Below, one piece after another: positions 33,301-42,228 of a stretch of DNA of 64,000 nucleotides. A program made the translations under genes and the position numbers. The notes under the pieces are model-generated. The model was not told where the DNA came from. It did no database searches and saw nothing but the letters and a program-made list of their open reading frames with translations. This DNA comes from Caecitellus pseudoparvulus. Taxonomy: Eukaryota; Protista; Bigyra: Bicosoecida. Within the stretch, counting starts at the first letter, position 1, and the number at the start of each line of letters is the position of its first letter. The DNA lies in NCBI GenBank assembly GCA_965644315.1, contig CBFFRQ010000057.1:62001-126000 (forward strand), given 5' to 3'.

Positions 33301-34507
33301 GCTGTGGCTTCCGCGCGCGCTTGTGCCTCGGCAGCTGCAGTCAGCTGCAAGCTCTCCAGGGTGAGCAGCTGCTGCCGCAGCTCCGAACGGACGTCGCCCA
33401 GCCGCTTCGCAAGCTGGTAGTTGGTGTCCGACGTTCCGTGGAACTGGTCCAGCGCCTCTTGGATGCTGTCCGTGCCCGTGGCATCCGTGACATGTGCGAA
33501 TGCTGCCCGGACGGCGGCAATGTCAACCTCCATAGCCTTGATCTCGTGCTGCAGGTAGGCGACATCCTCTCCCAACTCCCGCACCTCCCGCCGAATGCTG
33601 GCCTCCTGCTTCACATCAAGAGTGCCGGCAAAGGCCTCAGGGGACACCAGCTCCTCTGGTTCCATGTGCATCTCCGAGACAGTTTGAAGGCCATGGTAAA
33701 TGGAATCGATTTCGTCCACCAAGGCATTGCGCAAGTCCTCAAACCGTGTCGCGTCCACCTTGGCAACCGCACTCATTTCCTCCCGGCGCTCCACCAGCAT
33801 GTCCTGCTCCTCCAGCACCTGGTTCGCACGCTCCAGTGCCAAGGCCAGCCGGTGCTTCAGTGACTGCAGCTGCCCCTGCTTCTTCTCGAAATCCTCGTCC
33901 AGAGCGACATTCTCGCGACGCAACGCGTTGATGCTGGCTTTCAGCGAGGACAACTCAGCATGCACATCGTCGCGCCGGCTGCGCTTGCGGTTTAGCTCCC
34001 GCTCCAGACGCCCTGACAGGCGCTCTTGGTACTTCAACATGGCCTGGGTCTTCTTGTTGACGCCGCTGCTGCGAACGGCATCCACCTTCGGCCCCAGCTC
34101 CTTCTGAGCCCGCTGGGCCCCCACGATTCCCTCCTTTGTTGCCTGGATGGCCAGATTCAGCTGCTCCAGGCGCCGTGTTTGCTCCGCAATTCTGAAAAGG
34201 CGCGCGTATGAGTCGTGCTGTGCGGGCTCAGCAAGCAAACGACGCCTTGACAGGTGCTGACCAGGCAGTCGCACGCGACCACACCAGCAACCCCACCGGA
34301 CACCACTTACCCCCTGGCAAGGACGACATTCTTCTTCTCAAGAGACAGCACAATGGCTTCTCCTGCGCTTGATGACTGCTTTCTGCGGGAGCTTGCGGTG
34401 CCTGACTTCTTGCTTCGGCCAGTGCTGCCCAAGGCTGGTGACGGGCCACCTGACGCCACTGGCCCTCCGCTGCTGGACAGCTCTGCCGCAACAGGCGTTG
34501 AGGCCAT
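27333..34507 (-). CDS. ODAD1/CCDC114 (ODA docking complex DC2)-like coiled coil + 2 IQ motifs + ~1,700-aa disordered tail
   Basis: LKASINALRRENVALDEDFEK and AFAHVTDATGTDSIQEALDQF....NYQL resemble conserved CCDC114/CCDC63 blocks. IQ motifs ATSIQARWRGHSVR and ATIVQASWRGHVDR. First exon from ATG 34507 with donor gtaag at 34310; acceptor uncertain (34246 restores frame). Confidence 0.68.
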
Positions 34508-34723
34508 GACGCGTGGCTGGGAAACGATGAAAATCTCCGCGAGCCCAGGCTTTCTGGTCTTTTTGGCTATGGTTTTCGTTTTGAGGTGGGTAAGAGTTGC
34601 TGCGCACGGCCGCAGGGCCGGGATCCCTTCTCAAACCTCAACCACAGCCGGAGCTTCCTTCCTAAAAGCAACAAAAATCGAATGGCTGTGTGCATTTGGA
34701 GTTCTTGGCATTCGCATGAAGGC

Positions 34724-35421
34724 TCATGCCTGGGCAGCTGGCTGGGAAGTGCTGCCGAGGTAGGCCAGATATCCCACCAACCCCAGGCCAACAGCCCAGA
34801 CGAGAGACCGAGTCGTGGTCTTCCACTTCTGTGCACCAGTCACGTACAGCCATGTGTACAGCAGGCGCGTACCCACCCATGCAGTTGTAATGGGTGTCAG
34901 GCTATCCTCAGGCACTCCGTTTACCTTGGCAAGCAGCACCGCAGCCGTCCTGCAAACGAAGCGCGCAGACACCGTCAGACACGGGCCAGCTGCAGAACGA
35001 GGAGAGCGATGATTACGCACATGAACACAAATGCCTCAACAGCGTTTTCATGGCATGACTGGCACCGCTGGATGAATCTGGGAAGCGCGGAGCCGTGCGG
35101 AAATTGAGCCGCAACACGCCAGCCCTGCGCTGCATGCCACGCACTGTGCTGCCGCCTCATCCCCCTTCTTCGCAAGGTTCTTGACTGCAGCTGCAGCACC
35201 TTCACGAGGATTGTAGTTGTATCCCTTGATTTGCTGCGAAGAGGTGCCCCCGCAACGCGAGGTAAGACAATGAGTGGAGAATGGTGTGTTGCGCGCTGCC
35301 AGTTCACCTTGTTTGACACGATGCTCAACACCTTCAGAGTGTGCGGGACAAAAACCAAAATCAGAGCGACTGGGATGACGCCATTGGAAGATACCTTCAC
35401 GAGACCAGTCAAGGACTCCAT
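34724..35421 (-). CDS. MAPEG family membrane protein (microsomal GST-like)
   Basis: Spliced YNYNPRE, RCQSCHENAVEAF, RLLYTWLY, RSLVW. Introns 35307-35234, 35144-35078, 35020-34950. Confidence 0.82.
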
Positions 35422-35895
35422 GTTGATGGGGCGGAAGTTGGGTCGCCAATGTGACAAAGCCACCAAGCCTGGAGAGGCAATCTGGCACTTGAGAGCAAAA
35501 CGGCGGGAAGAAAGGCTTGGCAGAGCGTTGATAGAATTGTCTGTACGGTGCAATGTGTCCCAGATACCCTGCTTGGAACCCTGAGGGGGGGCGCACGCTA
35601 GCCTGGTCCCTGCGAAGTGCGAGACGATTCTGGAAAAGTGGGCATGCTTCACTCCCCTTTTCTCCATGATGCCCACCAGCACCACCGGCACAGTGACCAG
35701 TGCGGCGGCTAGCGCAGTCACTTCCACGGTGGTGACGACTGTAGGCTGTGGGATGGCGCTGCATGGTGGCAGTCGTGACAGGGGATGTGTGGGTGCAAGT
35801 CAGTGTGGGCATGGGGATGTGAGGGGGTGGCCGGGTGAGTGTGTGAGGGGCAGCGCTGATGTGGGTTGAGGCGGTGTGTATTGTGGGTGTGATGG

Positions 35896-37941
35896 TCATG
35901 TGTGTATGGTGCGGATGTGTCTCTTGAGGTTGCCAGCCTCGCCATACCTCTTGTCGCAGTGCGGGCAGTGGTGGTCTTTGATCCCTGTGTGCACAGTGCG
36001 GATGTGCTTCTTGAGATTGCCAGCCGTGCCAAATGCCTTGTCGCAGCATGGGCAGTGGTGGTCTCGGATGCCTTCATGCACTGTGCGGATGTGGGTCTTG
36101 AGACTGCCAGCCGTGGAAAACCTCTTGTCGCAGTGCGGGCAGTGGTGGTCTCGGGCACCCTCGTGCACAGTGCGGATGTGGGTCTTCACGTACGCAGCAG
36201 TGCAAAACGCCTTGTCACAGTGTGGGCAGTGGTGGTCTCGGGCGCCCTCGTGCACTGTGCGGATGTGGGTCTTGAGACTGCCAGCCTGTGAAAAGCTCTT
36301 GTCACAGTGCGGGCAGTGGTGGTCTCGGGCACCCTCGTGCACAGTGCGGATGTGGATCTTGAGATCGGCAGCAGTGCAAAATGCCTTGTCACAGTGTGGG
36401 CAGTGGTGGTCTCGGATGCCTTCATGCACGGTGCGGATGTGGGTCTTGAGATGGCCAGCCTGTGAAAAGCTCTTGTCACAGTGTGGGCAGTGGTGGTCTC
36501 GGGCGCCCTCATGCACGGTGCGGATGTGGACCTTGAGACTGCCAGCAGTGCCAAATGCCTTGTCACAGTGCGGGCAGTGGTGGTCTCGGGCACCCTCATG
36601 CACGGTGCGGATGTGTGTCTTGAGGCTGCCAGCCTCGCCAAATGCCTTGTCACAGTGCGGGCAGTGGTGGTCTCGGGCACCCTCATGCACGGTGCGGATG
36701 TGGACCTTGAGATGGCCAGCCTCGCCAAACGCCTTGTCACAGTGTGGGCAGTGGTGGTCTCGGGCGCCCTCGTGCACAGTGCGGATGTGGATCTTGAGGT
36801 CGCCAGCTCGTCCAAATGCCTTGTCACAGTGTGGGCAGTGGTGGTCCCGCGCGCCTTCATGCACTGTGCGGATGTGGGTCTTGAGATTGCCAGCCTCGCC
36901 AAACGCCTTGTCACAGTGCGGGCAGTGGTGGTCTCGGGCGCCCTCATGGACGATGCGAATGTGCCGCTTGAGTTTTGCAGCTCCACTGAAGCTCTTCCCA
37001 CACACAATGCACACCACACGACCACCCACACCTGCCCCCTCATGACATTCATGCCTGTGCTCCTCCACAGCACCCCACGACTCCAGCACCACATCGCACA
37101 GCATGCACCGAGGCACGCCCTGCACACGCGCTCCTGCGCCTCGCCCCACATCTGACCCCGCCGCCCCAGCCACCTCGCCCTCGCCCTCGCCCTCGCCCTC
37201 GCCACGCGCCATGCTCGCTCCCACATCGCCCAGGGCGTCGCCCCCGCGCCCACTGCCGCCACGGCTGCCGCTGGCCACCTCCTCACATGCCGCCGTGCTG
37301 CCACTGCTACCGCTGTTGTCACTGTCCCACTCGCTGCCACTGCTGTGCCTCCTGCCACCGCCACCGCACTCCTCGACACCACCCACGCCCACACACCCCC
37401 CCGCCCCCCACTCCCCACAGCTGCTCGACCCCCCACTGCTCGTCACCGTCAACCCGCCACAACTCGCTCCGCCACTCCGACCACCACCGACCACACCTCT
37501 CACGCCCACCTTCCACAGTACCACGTCCGCCACCGTCCCCACACGCCACTGGGCAGACCATGACGGCAGCTCACCGTGCACTGCTGCCAAGCCCGCACGC
37601 GTCACGCCCTCCAACCGCCCCACCTGTGCCGCTGACTCTCCACACACCTCGCCACCACGCCCTGCGCCCACGCACTGACCGTCTCCATCACACAACGCGC
37701 CGCCGACACACCCCGCCACCACACCCGGCGCCTCGACACCACACGCTGTGCCACACTTCCTCTTGCAGGGACTGGTCTGGCCTCCCGCCAGCCTGCGCTT
37801 CGCGCCCCCCACGGCGCTCACCCTGCCCGCTTGCCTTGCAGGCGCTGCGCCGCGCCTCAAACTGCGCCGGCACGCCACGCCGGGCTGCCTCGTGCCCACA
37901 CAGCTCATGATGGGAGCGTGGGGTAGGGCAGCAGTGTGCAT
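35896..37941 (-). CDS. C2H2 zinc-finger protein with 13 tandem fingers plus one isolated upstream finger
   Basis: Intronless 681-aa ORF; repeat CPHCDKxFxxAxxLKxHIRTVHEGARDHH; Gly/Val/Cys-rich N-terminus. Start codon uncertain. Confidence 0.88.
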   Translation of the reverse strand: MHTAALPHAPIMSCVGTRQPGVACRRSLRRGAAPARQAGRVSAVGGAKRRLAGGQTSPCKRKCGTACGVEAPGVVAGCVGGALCDGDGQCVGAGRGGEVCGESAAQVGRLEGVTRAGLAAVHGELPSWSAQWRVGTVADVVLWKVGVRGVVGGGRSGGASCGGLTVTSSGGSSSCGEWGAGGCVGVGGVEECGGGGRRHSSGSEWDSDNSGSSGSTAACEEVASGSRGGSGRGGDALGDVGASMARGEGEGEGEGEVAGAAGSDVGRGAGARVQGVPRCMLCDVVLESWGAVEEHRHECHEGAGVGGRVVCIVCGKSFSGAAKLKRHIRIVHEGARDHHCPHCDKAFGEAGNLKTHIRTVHEGARDHHCPHCDKAFGRAGDLKIHIRTVHEGARDHHCPHCDKAFGEAGHLKVHIRTVHEGARDHHCPHCDKAFGEAGSLKTHIRTVHEGARDHHCPHCDKAFGTAGSLKVHIRTVHEGARDHHCPHCDKSFSQAGHLKTHIRTVHEGIRDHHCPHCDKAFCTAADLKIHIRTVHEGARDHHCPHCDKSFSQAGSLKTHIRTVHEGARDHHCPHCDKAFCTAAYVKTHIRTVHEGARDHHCPHCDKRFSTAGSLKTHIRTVHEGIRDHHCPCCDKAFGTAGNLKKHIRTVHTGIKDHHCPHCDKRYGEAGNLKRHIRTIHT
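35899..37012. repeat. 87-bp coding minisatellite (zinc-finger array, 13 units)
   Basis: Recurrent gtcacagtg(t/c)gggcagtggtggtctcgg...gtgcggatgtgg with 87-bp period. Confidence 0.92.
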
Positions 37942-37958
37942 TTATGTGCTACATGTGA

Positions 37959-37985
37959 TGTGTGTGTGTGTGTGTGCTGTGTGTG
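37959..37985. repeat. (TG)n microsatellite upstream of the zinc-finger gene
   Basis: tgtgtgtgtgtgtgtgtgctgtgtgtg. Confidence 0.7.
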
Positions 37986-38283
37986 GCCGGGAAGTGGTGC
38001 GCGGGGCGAAGTGTGCGGGGGGGGCAGGAGAGACTCGCCGGCGAGCTGCTCGGGCTGCACGCTCGACTCCACGCGCCTACGCCCAGCCCCAAGCCACCAC
38101 TGCCCCCACGCCCCCACATCACACACGGCCACCTGCACGCCAGCCGCCCATGAGCATGCTGCGGTGTACGACTTAAATCATCTTTCACTCCGTTCGCACG
38201 TTGTCCTCTCGTGCCATCCGCTTGCTTGGAGTGCTGCTTGGTCTGGCAAATTCCGCAGCAGACAGCGCTGTCAGCTCCTCGCC

Positions 38284-40229
38284 ATGCTCGCACGATGCTC
38301 TCGGCAAGCGCTAGTTAGGCGACTTTCCCAATTTTGGCGTCTAGCAGTGCCTCAGTGCGCCTTGCCTCGGGCTCACTTTGGTCAGGACACGCGACAAGGT
38401 GACCCCGAGGCTGACTTGGTGCACGTCAAACAAACCCCTCTCGTTGACGATCTTGAAGCAGCTGTGAGTGGCCCTCCGCTCCAGCGGGTGAGCTCCGTTT
38501 CTCAAATCTACTTAACCACGTTCTGCAGATTCTCACACGAGGCCCCATGAACATGTCTGACTTCATGCGTCATGTGCGGCTTGCATATGCGAGTCCGAGC
38601 CCGCTTGCTTTCCAGCCGACTTCACTCGCTTCCCGCAGTGCTTGCGACACCCAGAGCATGGGTATTACATGCAGAGCAACGTCTTTGGTCGATCAGGGGA
38701 CTTTATCACCTCCCCTGAGATCAGCCCGCTGTTTGGGGAGCATATTGCCTTCTGGTGCGGATCGCGCTGTGCAGCTGCAGCGAGGTGACATCATGCACGT
38801 GTCCTTTCACGCCGATCCATCCACAGGGCGATCTTGTTGTGGGAGCGAATGGGAAAGCCAGAGGAGTTCCACATCATTGAGCTTGGCCCTGGCACTGGCA
38901 AACTCATGAGTGACTTCTTGCGCATGGCAGGTCGCATGCCTGGATTTTATAAAGCTCTCACACTGCACATGGTGGACGTGTCGCCAGCTCTGAAACTGCG
39001 ACAGGCGAAGTCTTTGGGTGTCCAGCCTCCCGCTGGTCTGAAGTTGTCCGTGGAGCTGTTTTCTGGATCTGAGGGGGAAGCGGGGGCGCAAGCGACGTTG
39101 CAGATCCCAGTTGGCCCGAAGGTCTCTTGGTACGCTTCCTTGGGATCCGTTCCCCCTTTGGGTCCGAACCTCATCCTGGCGCACGAATTGTTTGACGCGC
39201 TCCCTGTGCACCAGTTTACATACACAGCCGAGGGTTGGCGCGAGCTGTGTGTGGATGTGGCGGAGGATGGAGCCGCTGGTCCAGACGAGCCGCCATTCCG
39301 CATGGTCACTGCCCCGCACGTTACGCCGGCCCTTGCTGCGTTTCTTGGCCTGACGGGTGACACGACCCAGGGGCGCGGCACCGGTGTTTCGCCAAGGGAG
39401 GCAGATACTGTTCAGGCGTTGCTGAGCGGTCAGGATGAAGCGGATCTGTCAGCTGCCAATGACTTGTGGACCAGCATTCAAGACGTGGCAGCCCGCCTGG
39501 AAGCTCTAGAACAGCAGGGGGGTAGTCAGGCGCCAAGCAGCCCCCTTCCGCATCCTCCCAGCGGGGATGATCCGGCTAGTAGCGAAACGTATGCCGCGCT
39601 GCGCGTGGGCTCTCAGACAAACAAGCTGAGAATGGCTGCTGGAAAGGAGGGCGACGTGGTTGAGTTTTCGCCTGCTGCAGCTGGTCTGGCATATGAAATT
39701 GCAAGTCGTGTGGCCTTATTTGGAGGGGGTGCCTTGATCGTTGACTATGGACACAATCACGCTGCAGGTGCAAGTGTCAGGGGCATCAAGGATCACAAAT
39801 TTGTTTCGCCGCTGGCTTTCCCCGGACGTACAGATCTGAGCGTAGATGTTGATTTCTCGCAGCTCGCACACGCTGCAAAGACGGCTGGCGGCATTAGCGT
39901 GCAAGGTCCCATCACACAGAGTGAATTCCTTCAGCGGATGGGCATCGTGGAGCGTCTGCAGCAAATCGTGGATACGGAGGGAATCAGTAAGTTTATCATG
40001 CCAGGCCTGAGCTGTGTGTTTTTCCTTTTGCAGGCTTGTGTGCTGCCAACTCTCCCACTCTGCAGGTGAAAGTGACAAGGAGGCAGTCATGTCGCAAGTG
40101 GAGCGCCTGGTGTCGCCGGACGCCATGGGCAGTATTTATAAGTTTATGGCATTTATCAGTCAGGAGGCTGCCGATGATGATGCTGGAGAAGTGCCAGGCT
40201 TCCCACCGCCTCCAGAATCTGGACGGTGA
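38284..40229 (+). CDS. NDUFAF7: Mitochondrial protein-arginine methyltransferase NDUFAF7/MidA
   Basis: Spliced GPMNMSDFMR.CLRHPEHGYY...FGRSGDFITSPEISPLFGE, IIELGPGTGKLM, AHELFDALPV, GGALIVDYG, PGRTDLSVDVDF, MGSIYK. Introns 38464-38528, 38574-38638, 38755-38826, 39987-40065. Confidence 0.92.
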
Positions 40230-41941
40230 AAGGCAGCGGAGGGAGACTTGTCGAACATTGAAGCCGTTGCGTGCAGCAGCTCTTTGTGAGCCTGCTTCGC
40301 CGCCTTCCATGCATGCCGAGCACCTTTGCTCGCTGCTGGCACAATGGTAGTGAGTTGTGGAGGGTCACCTTGCCAGCCTGCAAGAGTTTCCCACAACTTT
40401 GCTGGGTCCAGCGCGCAGATGTCAAAAGCAGACCCACCTGCGCTGTCCAAAATGCACGTTTGAGCATGGATCATGAGCCCAAGCATTGTAAGGGAGGGAG
40501 CACCCCTGCCTTGCGACCCTTGGCCGGTCGGAATGAAAACAGACCGGTTGAGGGCGCAGGCAAGCACATGTTGCCAAGCGTGACTGTGCTCCAAGGCCCC
40601 CCCGCTCCCAACGCAGCTGCCGCTGGCAAGCGCTGGAAAGACTTGAGTGAGGTGGTCCAAGATTATTGCCAAGTGAAACGCCACGCCCTGCATGCGCCCC
40701 TGAACATGCTCTTGTAGCCCTGTGGATCGAGATAGCCCGGCCAACACTCCGGCAGCTCTTGGGCGGTGAGAAGGAAAGCGCTCGCCCCCGAAGGCGGGCA
40801 GGCATGAGAGTGCACAAGGGCGAAGCCCACCCTCAAGCTGCCCTTGAGATGCAATGGCACCGAGGGCTCCTTGGATGCAGGTGTCCGCCGCCTCGAGCGG
40901 CAAGCCTGCCATGGCCAAGCTGGAGGAAAGGAGTGCAGTCACGTCATCCAAAACTGCGCCGCCATCCGTCAAAGCTGCGCCGACTAGCAAAGCCTTGGAG
41001 CTGATCCGGTACGCCCAGCCACCTGATACCTGCACAAATGATCGGAGAGCTTCCCGCTGCCCTTCTGTAGAAGGCAGGGGCACGATGACCCGCACTGCTG
41101 CAGTTGTCCCAATGCTCACCGCTACGACCGGAGTGGGGAGCCCACTTGCGGCAGCCAAGGCATGGCTCCCCAGGGATGCAGCCGCTCCATCGCCAATACA
41201 GGGCAGTCCTGACAGATGCGGAATGTGCAGACCACCTGGCGGGGTTGGCGTGGAGGGTACATCGCTCAGCGCCGCAAGGTGACCCAAGCACCACTGCAGC
41301 GTAGGGGGGGCCTGAAGCGCCAAAGCACTCTTGACGCCAACCAAAGCTGGGGAGTCAACTTCTATGTCCATAACCCCTAACCATGAGGCCTCGCTGATGC
41401 TTACGTGTGCATCTGCCCCGCAAACCTCCCTCAGAATCAAGCCGCCGATGCTCATGAGGACCGGCCTTTGAAGGCCTTCGGCATTTGCACACAAGGTGGC
41501 CGACATGCCTGCCAAGTAGCTGCTACTCGATGCTCTAGTCCCAGTGGAAGCCATCCAATCTACCTCCCAACTCCATCCGCTTTCAGAGGTTGGAGTGATT
41601 GCCTGGCTTGGCCCCCCATCAAACGCGTAGGTCAGCAATTGCCGCCCACCCAGATCGAGAGAGTCACGCTCACAGGCACAGCAAGAGCCCACGAAGCTCG
41701 TGCAAGCTAAAATTATGGGCTGTAGGTTCCCCTTTCGTGCGTGCGATGCGAGCGCGGAGCTGATCGCCCGCACACACAATCGCACCACACAATCGGCTGA
41801 GTGCACTCCACCTTCCTGCCGAGGCATCTCGACGCAAGTATGCGCCTCAACCTTCCAAAACCCCGCAGTCCATACACCTGCACGTATTCTACTAGATCCA
41901 ATGTCCAGGAGCAGCACAGACGTGCCATCCGTGACAGCCAT
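40160..41941 (-). CDS. FGGY-family carbohydrate kinase (gluconokinase/xylulokinase-like)
   Basis: LLLDIGSSRIRAG, IGDGAAASLGS, VSIGTTAAVR, ALTDGG, LPAFGGERFP, GSGGALEHS..W..VLA. ATG at 41941. Confidence 0.82.
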   Translation of the reverse strand: MAVTDGTSVLLLDIGSSRIRAGVWTAGFWKVEAHTCVEMPRQEGGVHSADCVVRLCVRAISSALASHARKGNLQPIILACTSFVGSCCACERDSLDLGGRQLLTYAFDGGPSQAITPTSESGWSWEVDWMASTGTRASSSSYLAGMSATLCANAEGLQRPVLMSIGGLILREVCGADAHVSISEASWLGVMDIEVDSPALVGVKSALALQAPPTLQWCLGHLAALSDVPSTPTPPGGLHIPHLSGLPCIGDGAAASLGSHALAAASGLPTPVVAVSIGTTAAVRVIVPLPSTEGQREALRSFVQVSGGWAYRISSKALLVGAALTDGGAVLDDVTALLSSSLAMAGLPLEAADTCIQGALGAIASQGQLEGGLRPCALSCLPAFGGERFPSHRPRAAGVLAGLSRSTGLQEHVQGRMQGVAFHLAIILDHLTQVFPALASGSCVGSGGALEHSHAWQHVLACALNRSVFIPTGQGSQGRGAPSLTMLGLMIHAQTCILDSAGGSAFDICALDPAKLWETLAGWQGDPPQLTTIVPAASKGARHAWKAAKQAHKELLHATASMFDKSPSAAFHRPDSGGGGKPGTSPASSSAAS

Positions 41942-42228
41942 GCGTGTGGTGGACGGTGGACGGTCGTGCGGAAATTGCTTGCCGGTGTGAGCGGCGAGAC
42001 GCCCCCCGCCAACTTCCTGTAGCTTCAAGCGCAAAATGCGCAAAGCAGGATTCAGTCTTTCTCCCTGAATTTGTGTCGGTGTAAGTGTCAGGTTTATGGC
42101 AGTTTCATGCGAGTGTTCAGGGTCCCATGTCAGGCAGTCGCTGAGGGATTCATGGACATTCACATTACGAGGCGGCTTCTCCTCTTGTCCAGCGACCATG
42201 CCCACACTTGGGATGCATTGAAGGTAAG

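Noticed and set aside
35876-37436. Alternative-frame repetitive ORFs over the zinc-finger gene (389, 416 and 224 aa)
   Set aside because: By-products of the 87-bp repeat; only the C2H2 frame makes sense.
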